From contig JAPKBZ010000002.1 of NCBI GenBank assembly GCA_028823175.1, positions 6,571 through 70,570 on the forward strand: a stretch of 64,000 bases of DNA, read 5' to 3'. The notes below the pieces were generated by a model. It saw only the letters and a list, made by a program, of their open reading frames with translations, had not been told where the DNA came from and made no database searches. Positions 47,562-57,167 of the stretch are shown in pieces. Within the stretch, counting starts at the first letter, position 1; every line of letters starts with the position of its first letter. The translations under genes were made by a program, and so were the position numbers. Source of the DNA: Myxococcota bacterium. GTDB lineage: Bacteria; Myxococcota_A; UBA9160; UBA4427.

Positions 47562-48742
47562 GCCCCGTATCCGCGTACACACGACGGAGCGGCCCCTCGC
47601 GACCCGTCCCCTTCTCCCTGCAGTTGGTGTCGCACAAGAAGACCCGTACTGCGGTGGCCGCCGCCGGAATCGGCTTCGCGATTCTGGTCATGTTCGTCCA
47701 ACTCGGTTTCTACGGCGGAGTGCTGAATACGGCGCTCGCCGTTTCGGGCCGCTTCGACGCCGATATCGTTTTGATCTCGCCGCGCTTTGCCTACTTGGGA
47801 GCCACCGGAACGATCCCCGCCAGCCGTCTCTATCAGGCCCAAACCCAGCCCGAGGTCGTCGAAACGACGCCCATCTACTTCCGCTACGCGAACTGGCGAG
47901 ACCCGGTCAACGGTGCAAATTGTCGGCTTTTTGCCATCGGCTTCCCCATCGCCGCCGAGACGGACACTTCGCCGCTGATCCTGCCGGGGGTCACCGAGCA
48001 ATTCGAGGCCCTGAAACCCACCAGCACCGTCCTCCTGGATCGCATGACCCGAGATAAATGCGGTCCACTAGACCCGGAGGGCTGGGTCGAGGTGCGCGAC
48101 CAGCGCGCCCAGGTCGTTGGCGACTTTAAGCTCGGCGTCGGTTTTCTCGCCGACGGGGCGATGCTCATGAGCGACGACACCTTCTCTCGCTTCTTCGCCA
48201 ACCACCCCCTGGACTCGCCCCACCTCGGATTGGTTCGGCTCGCACCGGGCAGCGATGTCGACGAAGTCGCTGAGGCCCTCAAACAAACTCTTCCCAAGGA
48301 CGTCCGAGTCATCACGCAGAGCGAATTAAACGATCTACAGACTCGGCATTGGGTGGAGAACACCGCCGTCGGCGACATCTTCGGGATGGGCACCCTGGCC
48401 GGCTTCCTCGTGGGGTTGGTCGTGCTCTTTCAGATTCTCTCCACCGATATTCGCAATCACCTCCCCCTCTACGCGACACTCCGCGCCATGGGGTATTCCC
48501 GGAGGCAGTTGACCCGCTATGTCATCGAGCAGGCTTGGATCTATGCCCTGCTCGGATTCGGCCCGGCTCTTTTTCTCAGCCTCGGCGCCTTCCCCCTGAT
48601 CCAGGATGCCACCAACCTGCCGATCTACATGACCCCAAGCCTCGTATTGGGCATCCTGGCCCTCAGCCTCACCATGTGTTCCCTATCGGCGCTGATCTCG
48701 GCTCGCCGGCTTCAGCGAGCTGACCCGGCGGAGCTCTTCTGA
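47558..48742 (+). CDS. DevC/MacB-type ABC exporter permease (FtsX domain), paralog 1
   Basis: N-terminal TM, large periplasmic domain, 3 C-terminal TMs, LYATLRAMGYS motif. It overlaps the devB-like stop. Confidence 0.8.
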   Translation: MSPVSAYTRRSGPSRPVPFSLQLVSHKKTRTAVAAAGIGFAILVMFVQLGFYGGVLNTALAVSGRFDADIVLISPRFAYLGATGTIPASRLYQAQTQPEVVETTPIYFRYANWRDPVNGANCRLFAIGFPIAAETDTSPLILPGVTEQFEALKPTSTVLLDRMTRDKCGPLDPEGWVEVRDQRAQVVGDFKLGVGFLADGAMLMSDDTFSRFFANHPLDSPHLGLVRLAPGSDVDEVAEALKQTLPKDVRVITQSELNDLQTRHWVENTAVGDIFGMGTLAGFLVGLVVLFQILSTDIRNHLPLYATLRAMGYSRRQLTRYVIEQAWIYALLGFGPALFLSLGAFPLIQDATNLPIYMTPSLVLGILALSLTMCSLSALISARRLQRADPAELF

Positions 48743-49881
48743 TGCTCAAACTCGTGAGCGCAGTCGTTTTTTCGTTCAGGCTCCTGGTCCACGAACGGGG
48801 GCGCCTGATCGCGTCGGTGGGCGGAGTCACCTTCGCCCTACTCCTGATGCTGCTCCAAATCGGTTTCCGAAACGCCCTCCTGGACAGCGCGATCCAGTTG
48901 CTCCGTCAACTCGACGCAGATGTCCTCGTAATCAACAAGGAGAAGGACCCCTTCCTTGCCATGAACAGAATGCACAACGAGAGGCTCTACCAGGCCCTCT
49001 CCGTCGAGGGAGTCGAAAGCGCTTCCCCCCTCTGGGTCGCTCTCGAGCAGTGGAAGAATCTGGAGGAGCAGACCCTCCACCCGATTCGGGTGATCGGCTT
49101 CAATCCGAACAAGCCAACCTTTCTGATCGATGAGGTAAACGAAAACGTCGACAAACTCAATCGCATCGGGACGGCCTTCCTGGACTCGCACTCCCGAGAT
49201 TCCTACGGCGAATTGCCCGATGACGTCGCACAGGTGAACCTCAGAGAAATCAAAATCGTCGGCAGCTTTCCCTTGGGCACGGATTTCGAAGTCGATGGCA
49301 GCCTTATCGTCTCGGACGAAACCTTCTTCGAGCTGACACGCCAGAGCCCCGACTGGATCGAGATTGCTCTACTCAGGCTCAAGCCCGGTGCCGATATGGA
49401 TCTGGTCCTCGAGAATCTCGCCCTAATACTTCCCGGCGATGTTCGAGCCTTCTCGAAAGCCCAACTGATCGATCGCGACCTCGACTACTGGCGGACGGGA
49501 ACCCCCATTAGTGTCATCTTGCTCGTAGGCGTTGTCCTTGGCTTCGCGGTCGGAGTCGTCATCTGTTATCAGATTCTCTACACCGAAGTTCTCGACCATC
49601 TCTCCGAATTCGCGACGCTCAAGGCCATGGGCTACGGAAACGACTACATCCAAATCGTCGTCATGGTCGAATCCGTGCTGCTTTCCGCCCTTGGCTTCGT
49701 GCCTTCTATACTCCTGGGGTCGCTCATGCTGGCAGCCCTTGGCTGGAGCAGTGGGCTGCCGGCGAGTGTGGGCCTGGGCGATGCTCTCAATGTGGGCCTC
49801 CTCGCCGTCAGCATGTGCACGTTGGCGGGAACGCTCGCGCTGCGCAAAGTCCGCACTCTCGAGCCTGCGGAACTCTTCTAA
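48742..49881 (+). CDS. DevC/MacB-type ABC exporter permease (FtsX domain), paralog 2
   Basis: Same architecture as paralog 1, with FATLKAMGYG motif. TGATG overlap with paralog 1. Confidence 0.8.
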   Translation: MLKLVSAVVFSFRLLVHERGRLIASVGGVTFALLLMLLQIGFRNALLDSAIQLLRQLDADVLVINKEKDPFLAMNRMHNERLYQALSVEGVESASPLWVALEQWKNLEEQTLHPIRVIGFNPNKPTFLIDEVNENVDKLNRIGTAFLDSHSRDSYGELPDDVAQVNLREIKIVGSFPLGTDFEVDGSLIVSDETFFELTRQSPDWIEIALLRLKPGADMDLVLENLALILPGDVRAFSKAQLIDRDLDYWRTGTPISVILLVGVVLGFAVGVVICYQILYTEVLDHLSEFATLKAMGYGNDYIQIVVMVESVLLSALGFVPSILLGSLMLAALGWSSGLPASVGLGDALNVGLLAVSMCTLAGTLALRKVRTLEPAELF

Positions 49882-49957
49882 CTCGAGAGGAAGCCCGGGC
49901 GAAACGAATGTATCCTCAACCCGAAAAATTACGACCGAGTGAGCCCCTGGAGCGCCG

Positions 49958-50659
49958 ATGACTTCCGCAACGAACAAGGCCATTGAAATCGCAGGGCTCG
50001 ACTACTCGTTTGGAACGGACGAAACCGCCAAACAGGTTCTCTTCGAGATCGAGCTCGCCCTCGAACCCGGAGAGTTCGCGATCATGACCGGGCCTTCGGG
50101 CTCGGGCAAGACAACCTTGCTCTCTCTGGTGGGCGCCCTGCGCCGGCCCCAGGGCGGGAAACTGAATGTTCTGGGTCACGACCTCAATACCCTCGAGAGC
50201 CCCGAACTCGAAGGCTATCGCCAGCAACTCGGTTTCATTTTCCAGCTCCACAATCTCTTCCCCGCACTCACTGCCTTCCAGAGCGTCCAAATGGCCGGAG
50301 ACCTTCACCCCGAAGCCGCCGGTCAAATGGACGACCGGATTCGCGCACTCCTGACCCAGCTCGGGCTGGGGGAACGACTCGATTATCGGCCCCACCAACT
50401 CTCGGGCGGCCAGCGGCAGCGAGTCGCCATCGCCCGGGCTCTGGTACACCGCCCGGCCCTCGTCCTCGCCGACGAACCCACGGCTGCCCTCGACGGGGAA
50501 AATACCAAGATCGTGCTCGGGTTACTCGCCGAGCTTGCTCATGAGCGAGGCACCACGGTACTCATGGTTACCCAAGATAACCGAGTCTTTGAGTCGGCGG
50601 ACCGACTCATCAATCTCGTCGATGGTCGGCTGGACTCCGACGTGCGGCTCTCTGAATGA
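49958..50659 (+). CDS. ABC transporter ATP-binding protein (DevA/MacB-NBD-like)
   Basis: Walker [10 protein letters not shown], signature [15 protein letters not shown], Walker B LVLADEPT. Confidence 0.9.
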   Translation: MTSATNKAIEIAGLDYSFGTDETAKQVLFEIELALEPGEFAIMTGPSGSGKTTLLSLVGALRRPQGGKLNVLGHDLNTLESPELEGYRQQLGFIFQLHNLFPALTAFQSVQMAGDLHPEAAGQMDDRIRALLTQLGLGERLDYRPHQLSGGQRQRVAIARALVHRPALVLADEPTAALDGENTKIVLGLLAELAHERGTTVLMVTQDNRVFESADRLINLVDGRLDSDVRLSE

Positions 50660-50780
50660 GCCCTGACGAATCAGAACCCAAGATCCCACCATTTCCCACG
50701 ACCGATCCCTCGGCTACGGTCAAAGCCCTGGGGCGCCGCGCGCGGCCGGACCGGCGACTGGGCGAGGAAATTTTTAGCAG

Positions 50781-52370
50781 ATGAGCGAAAAAAACATCCT
50801 GGCGATCGACGTAGGCACGTCCGAAATCAAGGTTGCCCTGGTTTCTCATGCGGGCCAAGTCCGCGACTGCGCCCGCAGCACCCTTGAGGTGATCTACCCC
50901 GAGGCGGGCTGGGCCGAACAGGACCCCTACGCGTGGTGGAGTGCAATCTCGTCCGCCGCCCGGGAACTCTGGAGCCAATCCAGCTTCGACCCGGCGCAAG
51001 TCTCCGCCGTCGTCTTTTCGTGCCAGATGTTCGGAGTTCTGCCCGTGGACTCCGCCGGCAAGCCCCTGATGAACGCCATGATCTGGCTGGACACGCGCTC
51101 CCGGGAACAGGCTCGGGAGATAACCTCGGGGCAGCCCCGAGTCGCAGGCTACGGACTCCCCCGACTCATCAAGTGGCTACGCGCCACCAATGGCGTGCCC
51201 AGCCTGGCCGGACGCGACACGATTTCAAAATTCATATGGCTACGCGACGAAAGGCCCGAGTTGTGGGAGCAGACCGATTGTCTGCTCGACGTAAAGGACT
51301 ATCTCGTCATGCGCTGCACCGGGCGAGCAACGACCACCTACGATCTGGCCAGCGGCGGGTGGCTCTTCAAGACTCGCAAAGGAGAACTCGGTTGGTCGTC
51401 CGAGATTCTTCGCATGCTGGATCTCGACACCAAGCGCTTCCCCGAAGTTCTGCCCTCCACCGAGATCGTGGGCGACCTCGGTGCCGAGGCCGCCTCGGAT
51501 CTCGGCTTGCCCGCGGGCGTTCCCGTGGTCGCCGGCGCCGGCGACGTCCCCTCGTGCGCCGTGGGTTCGGGGGCCGTCAAGGACGGCGAGGTGCATATCT
51601 ACCTGGGCACCAGTTCGTGGGTCGCAACCCACCTCGACGACCGAGCCGTCAATCCCTTCGCGGCCACGGGCACCCTATGCGCGGCGGAGTATGGCAAATA
51701 CATCCTGATTGCCACGCAAGAGACAGCCGGCGCCTCGATGGAATGGGTGCGCAAAAAAATTCTCGGCGGCGAGACCGACTACGACACGATCAACCGCCTA
51801 GTCGAAAATTGCGAGGCGGGCGCGGGCGGCGTGTTCTTCTTCCCCTGGCTCATGGGCGAACGCGTCCCGGTGGACGATGCCACCCTACGAGGTGGGTTCG
51901 TCAACCTCTCTCTCGATCACGACCGGGGGCACCTGCTGCGCGCGGTTTTCGAGGGCGTGGCGTACAACAACCTGTGGGCCCTGGGCGTCGTGGAAAAGCT
52001 CCTTCGAGCTCCCGTCCCCAGCGTTCGGATCACCGGCGGAGGCGCCCAAAGCGATATCTGGTGCCAGATCATGGCCGATGTCCTCGACAAAAGGGTCGAG
52101 CGGGTGGCCAACCCACAATTCTGCGGCGTTCGCGGCGCGGCGCTGATCGCCCTTCGCGCCCTGGGCGAAATCGACCAACTCGACGCCATGAGCGATCTCG
52201 TCGAAGTCACGGATACCTTCGAACCCAATCCAGAGAATCGTGAACTCTACGCCAGCCGCTACCGAAGCTTTCTGGATTACTACAAGCGCAACCGAACCTG
52301 GTTCCGCTCGCTCAACGGGGACCTTGCGGCGGGGGATCCCGATCCAGGCGAGCAGCCTGGCTCAAGGTGA
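50781..52370 (+). CDS. FGGY-family carbohydrate kinase (xylulokinase/glycerol-kinase-like)
   Basis: ILAIDVGTSEIKVALV phosphate-1 motif, later GAGDVPSCAVGSG and GGGAQSDIWCQIMADV motifs. Confidence 0.85.
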   Translation: MSEKNILAIDVGTSEIKVALVSHAGQVRDCARSTLEVIYPEAGWAEQDPYAWWSAISSAARELWSQSSFDPAQVSAVVFSCQMFGVLPVDSAGKPLMNAMIWLDTRSREQAREITSGQPRVAGYGLPRLIKWLRATNGVPSLAGRDTISKFIWLRDERPELWEQTDCLLDVKDYLVMRCTGRATTTYDLASGGWLFKTRKGELGWSSEILRMLDLDTKRFPEVLPSTEIVGDLGAEAASDLGLPAGVPVVAGAGDVPSCAVGSGAVKDGEVHIYLGTSSWVATHLDDRAVNPFAATGTLCAAEYGKYILIATQETAGASMEWVRKKILGGETDYDTINRLVENCEAGAGGVFFFPWLMGERVPVDDATLRGGFVNLSLDHDRGHLLRAVFEGVAYNNLWALGVVEKLLRAPVPSVRITGGGAQSDIWCQIMADVLDKRVERVANPQFCGVRGAALIALRALGEIDQLDAMSDLVEVTDTFEPNPENRELYASRYRSFLDYYKRNRTWFRSLNGDLAAGDPDPGEQPGSR

Positions 52371-53061
52371 GCCCGACGGCCCCGAGGAACATCAGGCCGA
52401 CGTAGATCGCAATGCCGAGCAGGATCCACTCCAGCCCTCCGAGCCACCCGCCCAGGGCTATGGCGAAGACGTAGACGAACTCGAGGCCGACCACCGCCAT
52501 CAGGAGACGATCGGTGGGGCTGAGCCGCTCGGGAATCTCGCTGCGGAAATACGTGGCATCCCGGCTTTGCAGGCTGAAATTGTCGCGAGTCTGGCGATTG
52601 AGGAGCAAGAGCACCGCGAGCCCCAGGGAGAGCGCGACGGCGTGGCCGCCCCAGATGCCCCCGCCCTGACCATCCACAAGGAGTCCGAGCGAGAATAAGA
52701 GCAGGCACCAAAAGCTCATATCGATGGTGCCGTCGAGAATGGCGCCCAAGCGGCTCGTTCGGCCCAGGGTGCGCGCCATGTTGCCATCCACGCAGTCCAT
52801 CACATGGTAAAGAAAGCCGAGGCCCGCGACTCCGAGATAGGCGTGCTCTCCCCCCCAATAGGCGACCGCGGGAAGGCTGAGCGCGATGACCAGGGAGAAG
52901 CTCGTCATCACGAGCACGGGAACTCCCAACCACAGAAAGGGCAACGCGACCCAGAAGGAAATCGGGCGGTAGATGAGGTAGCAGGGAAAATCACCCTGCA
53001 TCTCGGCCCAAGCCTTATCGGGTCCGTAGGAAGCCTTCACGTCGGCGAGTGTGTAGCGCAC
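52312..53061 (-). CDS. CDP-alcohol phosphatidyltransferase family protein (candidate CMP-AEP/CDP-alcohol : lipid transferase)
   Basis: Complete D-x2-DG-x2-AR-x8-G-x3-D-x3-D motif in MDCVDGNMARTLGRTSRLGAILDGTIDM. Multi-TM protein. Start proposed at GTG 53061, 8 nt after GGGAGGAGGG (track start 53091). Last gene of the phosphonate operon. Confidence 0.8.
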   Translation of the reverse strand: MRYTLADVKASYGPDKAWAEMQGDFPCYLIYRPISFWVALPFLWLGVPVLVMTSFSLVIALSLPAVAYWGGEHAYLGVAGLGFLYHVMDCVDGNMARTLGRTSRLGAILDGTIDMSFWCLLLFSLGLLVDGQGGGIWGGHAVALSLGLAVLLLLNRQTRDNFSLQSRDATYFRSEIPERLSPTDRLLMAVVGLEFVYVFAIALGGWLGGLEWILLGIAIYVGLMFLGAVGLTLSQAARLDRDPPPQGPR

Positions 53062-53098
53062 GGGGCTATCCCTCCTCCCCCAGCCTATCACCCTCGGA

Positions 53099-54013
53099 TC
53101 AGCCCGAGGTGAGTTCCAGAAAACCGTAGAAGACCGGCGTTACGAAGAAGAATGCGTCGTAAACGTCCAGCACGCCGCCCTGAGTGGGGACCAGGTTGCC
53201 GTAATCTTTGACCCCGGCCCGTCGTTTGAGCGACGAGGCGAAGAGGTCTCCGCCGAGCCCCGCCAAACCGATCAGGATTGCCGCACTCGCGACGCGCCAC
53301 GGGCCAAAACCCGGCACGGCAAAGGAAAAAGCGAAGCCCACAGCGACGGTCCCCAAGAGCCCACCCACGACGCCTTCGAGGGTTTTGTTGGGGCTCAATA
53401 CCGGGAAAATTTTACGCTTGCCGATCCCGCTCCCCACGAGGTAGGCGAAGACATCATTCGCCTCGACCAGGCCGTAGAAGAAGATCGCGTAGCCGAAGCC
53501 CTCTTCCCGCAGCCCGAGAGAAAGAAAGGCGGCGAGGCACAAGCCGGGGTAGACAAAACCGAGGCCCGTGCTGGTCACCCGGGCGAGAGGCGAATCCGGG
53601 GCAGCCCCGCGGGATGAAACGATCCAGCGCAGCGCCCCATAGAGCCCCAGGGCCACGGGAAAGAGCCAGCCGACGGCATCCGGCGACTGGTAAACGAAGA
53701 GAATCGACCCAAGCGCCAGGGCAATTCCCACCCCGGCCCACGGCTGCTCCCCGCCGACCTTCAGGGTGGTGTAGAGCTCCCGCGTGCAGAGCCCCGCGAG
53801 CAGCAGCACCCCGGCCAAGAGCCAACCGCCACCCAGGTAGGCCGGCCCCCAGATGCCGGCCAAGATGCCGACTTCGACGAGGAAGCGGGTCCCCATGCGG
53901 GACTGGGAAGCTGTCCGCCCCCGCACGGCCCACTGACCCAGCACCCAAGCCCCGGCGACCGCGAAGATGGCGCCGAGGGTCAAGAGCAGGCGAAGTGCGA
54001 TCTCCTGTTTCAA
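53099..54013 (-). CDS. divergent CdsA/CTP_transf_1 family protein (phosphatidate cytidylyltransferase-like)
   Basis: Polytopic membrane protein. The C-terminal SSLKRRAGVKDYGNLVPTQGGVLDVYD resembles the CdsA signature but reads Q for the HGG His and V for the D-[RK] basic residue. TTG start 1 nt after the phnW stop. Confidence 0.7.
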   Translation of the reverse strand: MKQEIALRLLLTLGAIFAVAGAWVLGQWAVRGRTASQSRMGTRFLVEVGILAGIWGPAYLGGGWLLAGVLLLAGLCTRELYTTLKVGGEQPWAGVGIALALGSILFVYQSPDAVGWLFPVALGLYGALRWIVSSRGAAPDSPLARVTSTGLGFVYPGLCLAAFLSLGLREEGFGYAIFFYGLVEANDVFAYLVGSGIGKRKIFPVLSPNKTLEGVVGGLLGTVAVGFAFSFAVPGFGPWRVASAAILIGLAGLGGDLFASSLKRRAGVKDYGNLVPTQGGVLDVYDAFFFVTPVFYGFLELTSG

Positions 54014-54014
54014 A

Positions 54015-55130
54015 TCAGGCGCTTCCCTTCACACTCTTGAGGTAGCGACCCAGCGCGGCAAGAAAGTTCTCGATATCTTGGGCATCGATCGCCCCCAGCA
54101 CCGCCAAGCGGAAGGTCGGCTGGGCTCCGGGCTTGCCGGGATAGATGGTAAAGCCTTCGGCATCCAGAGCGTCGTGCATGCGGTCGAAATCGTACCAGTC
54201 CTCGCTCGGCTCGTGGATCGCCACGAGGATCTGGCTCTGGTCCTCGTCCTCGAGGAGGAACTCGAAGCCCAATTGACGCAAGCCTGCCATCAGGGTCTGC
54301 ATACTCTCCTGGTAGCGCTTCTGGCGTGCGGGGATCCCCTCGGCATCGAGTTCGACAAGCGCTTGATGAAGCGCCGACACCACCTGGGGAGGCACCGTGA
54401 AGCGACTCTGGCCCGTCTTCTCGAGATGATCATGCTCGGCCACCAGATCCAACACGTAGCAGCGCCGGGGCGTCGGGCGAATCTCGTCGAGCAGTGCCCG
54501 GGTGGTGATAGCAATGCCCAGCCCCGCCATCCCCTGGACGCATTTGTTCGAGCTCGAGAAGAGCATGTCGACCGCGTGTTCACCCACCTCGATGGGCATC
54601 GCGGCAAAACTCGACATGGCATCGAGCATCAGCTTGAGACCGTGGGCGTGGGCTCTCTCCACCAGCGCGTCCAAGGGGTTAAGAAGACCCGAGCTCGTTT
54701 CGTGATGGATCGCGAAGAGGTGGGTCGCCCTCCCCTGCTCTTCGGCGAGTACGGCGTCGAGGGCCTCGAAGTCGATCCGCTGCCCCCATCCCAATTCTAC
54801 TCGCCGGTGGTCGATGCCGTGGGCGGCCGCGATTGCCGCCAACCGTGTCCCATAATCTCCGTTATCCAGAATCAGCACCCGGCCACCCGATGGGATCAGG
54901 CTGACCAGGCCCGCCTCGAGCACCGTGGTCCCACTGCCCACCACGGGGATCGCGACCACCTCGTCGGGATCACCCGCCAGGGCCGCGAGCCGCTGCCGAA
55001 CATCGGAATAGAGGTCACAAAAGCTGCGCTCCCGGGGACAGATATCGGAGATCACCAGAGCCGCCTTCACCGATTCGGTGGTCGTCGCCGGGCCTGGGTT
55101 GAGCAAGACGTTTCGCTTGGGCATATCCAT
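54015..55130 (-). CDS. phnW: 2-aminoethylphosphonate--pyruvate transaminase
   Basis: Start reassigned to ATG 55130 (GGAGA SD). LLNPGPATTTESV, SGTTVLEA, and the PLP-Lys motif SSSNKCVQG. Class V aminotransferase adjacent to ppd and pepM. Confidence 0.85.
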   Translation of the reverse strand: MDMPKRNVLLNPGPATTTESVKAALVISDICPRERSFCDLYSDVRQRLAALAGDPDEVVAIPVVGSGTTVLEAGLVSLIPSGGRVLILDNGDYGTRLAAIAAAHGIDHRRVELGWGQRIDFEALDAVLAEEQGRATHLFAIHHETSSGLLNPLDALVERAHAHGLKLMLDAMSSFAAMPIEVGEHAVDMLFSSSNKCVQGMAGLGIAITTRALLDEIRPTPRRCYVLDLVAEHDHLEKTGQSRFTVPPQVVSALHQALVELDAEGIPARQKRYQESMQTLMAGLRQLGFEFLLEDEDQSQILVAIHEPSEDWYDFDRMHDALDAEGFTIYPGKPGAQPTFRLAVLGAIDAQDIENFLAALGRYLKSVKGSA

Positions 55131-55146
55131 GCTTTTCTCCTGTGAT

Positions 55147-55941
55147 CTATTTCTGCGCGCCGAGTTCGCGGCTCGAGGGCGATGAGGAAGGAGCGGCCAC
55201 CTGCCCGGAAGCCCAGCGGGGCCACACCTCGTCTCGCACGCGGAGGTAGTGGTGTTCGTAGTCGACTTCGCCCCACAGCAGGTCGGGAACCAGGCGCAGG
55301 GCCACCGGGCGCTCGCCTGCGGCTTCGACCAGAGCGTCGGTCTCATACGCCATCTGGCCATGGCCGTTTTCATCGACAAAGCGCGCATAGGCCCTGGCCA
55401 TCGCCTGAGCCAGGGGATGAGAAATGCGCACGATGCCCACCAGTTCTCCGTAGACCTCGCCGAGTTCGGCGGGGTCCTTGGACATGCCCCGAAGGCAGCC
55501 GTCCGAGGCTTCGATCCAGACCTCATCGGTCGCACCGGTGGGGCCTGAAGCCAAAAGAATATCGGGCGCTTCGTCTTCCAGTAGGACATCGAGGGCACGC
55601 TCTTCGTAGAAGAGATCGCTCTCGAGAAGAAGGAAATCTTCATTCACCTCTTCGAGGGCGCGGGCCAGGGACGCCATGCTGCCGGTGGTGGCAAACTCGG
55701 CGTTCTCCACCACTTCCAAGCCGGCAAGCTCGGCGGCCAGGGCTTCGTAAGCCGACCCCATATGCCCCGAGACAATGACGATCCGCTCGATACCCCTTTC
55801 CTGGAGCAACCGAACCGAACGATGGATCAGCCCTTCCCCGCCGATTTCCACGAAGCCCTTCGGGCGATCCGAAAAAACATTCTTGAGGCGCGTTCCCATA
55901 CCCGCCGCCAGGATCACCGCCGCTCTCGGTCGGTTGGCCAT
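55147..55941 (-). CDS. LicC/PntC-like nucleotidyl(cytidylyl)transferase
   Basis: Canonical G-loop AVILAAGMGTRL...RPKGFVEI. ATG 55941 overlaps the ppd stop (TGATG). Confidence 0.8.
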   Translation of the reverse strand: MANRPRAAVILAAGMGTRLKNVFSDRPKGFVEIGGEGLIHRSVRLLQERGIERIVIVSGHMGSAYEALAAELAGLEVVENAEFATTGSMASLARALEEVNEDFLLLESDLFYEERALDVLLEDEAPDILLASGPTGATDEVWIEASDGCLRGMSKDPAELGEVYGELVGIVRISHPLAQAMARAYARFVDENGHGQMAYETDALVEAAGERPVALRLVPDLLWGEVDYEHHYLRVRDEVWPRWASGQVAAPSSSPSSRELGAQK

Positions 55942-57125
55942 CAACCCCGACCTGCCACGGCATCCCGAAAGGCCAGTGCGATCTCCTGGGGCGAAAGCGC
56001 CGGTCGCTCGAGGCCTTCGGCTTCCCGCTCATCCACCTCGATCTGGAGCAGAACCGGCCCCTGCCCGGCCTCGCTCGCGGCCCACTCCAGTGCGCCCTCG
56101 AGACCACCGGCTCCGCGACAATGGGCGGCCGCCCGGTAGCCGCAGGCCAAGGCGGCAGCCGGGAAATCGACATGGGGCGAAACTGTAAGCTGGCCTCCGG
56201 TGGAGGCGTAGGTTCCGTTATCGACCACCACGTGGGTAAAGGCCCGGGGCGCCAGGGCGCCGATGGTGGCAAGGCTGCCGAGACGCATGATCAGCGCTCC
56301 GTCTCCGTCGAGGACGTGGACGGGCCTGCCGCCGGGTGCACTGCGCTCGAGCCCCAGGGCGATTGCCGAGGCAAAGCCCATGGAACCCTGCATCGGAAAA
56401 TGTCGATCCACCATCCCGTGGGAGGAAACCTCTCGCGACATGAAGCCGGTGGTCGAGACCGCCAGGGCGTCGGGGTAGCGTTGCAGCCAAGCCCCCAGGG
56501 CTTCGGTTCGACTCGGCAACTCCCCGCCGCCGAACGCCCGGACCGAAGGGGTATCCGAAGCGGCTTGCCGGGCTAGGATCGGAGCCGCGCGGCGAGCCCC
56601 TTCGCCCTCCGAATCCGCGGAAGGCTTTTGGAAGAGGCCGCGCGGAACAATCAGCGCCGCGGGGCGACGCTCCTTGCGCATATAGGCCACCGCATCGCTG
56701 ACCGCGCGATCCAGATCTGTCTCTTCGCGGAGCACGGTAGCCGGAATGTCGAGCAACTCGAAGAGGCCCGGAGTCGCGGCGCCCATCGGATAGTGGTGGA
56801 CCGCATCCTTCTTACCCGGCTCACCCCGCCAGGAGACGATCATCAGCACAGGAATCTCATAGGGGATGGAGAGAGACGCCAAAGGGTTCACGGCGTTCCC
56901 CAGCCCCGAGTTCTGCATCATTGCGGCGCCCAGCCCACCTCCGAGCCACATGCCCGCGGCGGCAGAAACCGCCTCACCTTCAACCGAGGCCGGGATATAA
57001 TCGATCTCCGGCGATGCTTCGGCCTCGAGGGTCAGATGGTTGAGGATGGAGCAAGGAACGCCGGCAAGACCGGTGATTCCCGCGCCGAGCAGCGCGCGAA
57101 AGAGAACTTGCGGATCGAGGGGCAA
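55941..57125 (-). CDS. phosphonopyruvate decarboxylase (ThDP-dependent)
   Basis: ThDP motif GDGALIMRLGSLATIG...VVVDNGTYASTGGQ. About 390 aa, located between pepM and phnW. Confidence 0.85.
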   Translation of the reverse strand: MPLDPQVLFRALLGAGITGLAGVPCSILNHLTLEAEASPEIDYIPASVEGEAVSAAAGMWLGGGLGAAMMQNSGLGNAVNPLASLSIPYEIPVLMIVSWRGEPGKKDAVHHYPMGAATPGLFELLDIPATVLREETDLDRAVSDAVAYMRKERRPAALIVPRGLFQKPSADSEGEGARRAAPILARQAASDTPSVRAFGGGELPSRTEALGAWLQRYPDALAVSTTGFMSREVSSHGMVDRHFPMQGSMGFASAIALGLERSAPGGRPVHVLDGDGALIMRLGSLATIGALAPRAFTHVVVDNGTYASTGGQLTVSPHVDFPAAALACGYRAAAHCRGAGGLEGALEWAASEAGQGPVLLQIEVDEREAEGLERPALSPQEIALAFRDAVAGRG

Positions 57126-57167
57126 GGGTGGAGCCTCCGCTCGGCCGAAGTCGGCCTGGCAAGGGGT

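Noticed and set aside
52312-52370. 59-bp convergent overlap between the FGGY kinase 3' end and the CDP-alcohol transferase 3' end, considered as a sign of a frameshift or mis-assembly.
   Set aside because: Both reading frames run cleanly to their stops and both C-termini look like low-conservation tails. Convergent overlaps of this size occur in compact high-GC genomes, and nothing in the sequence indicates an error.
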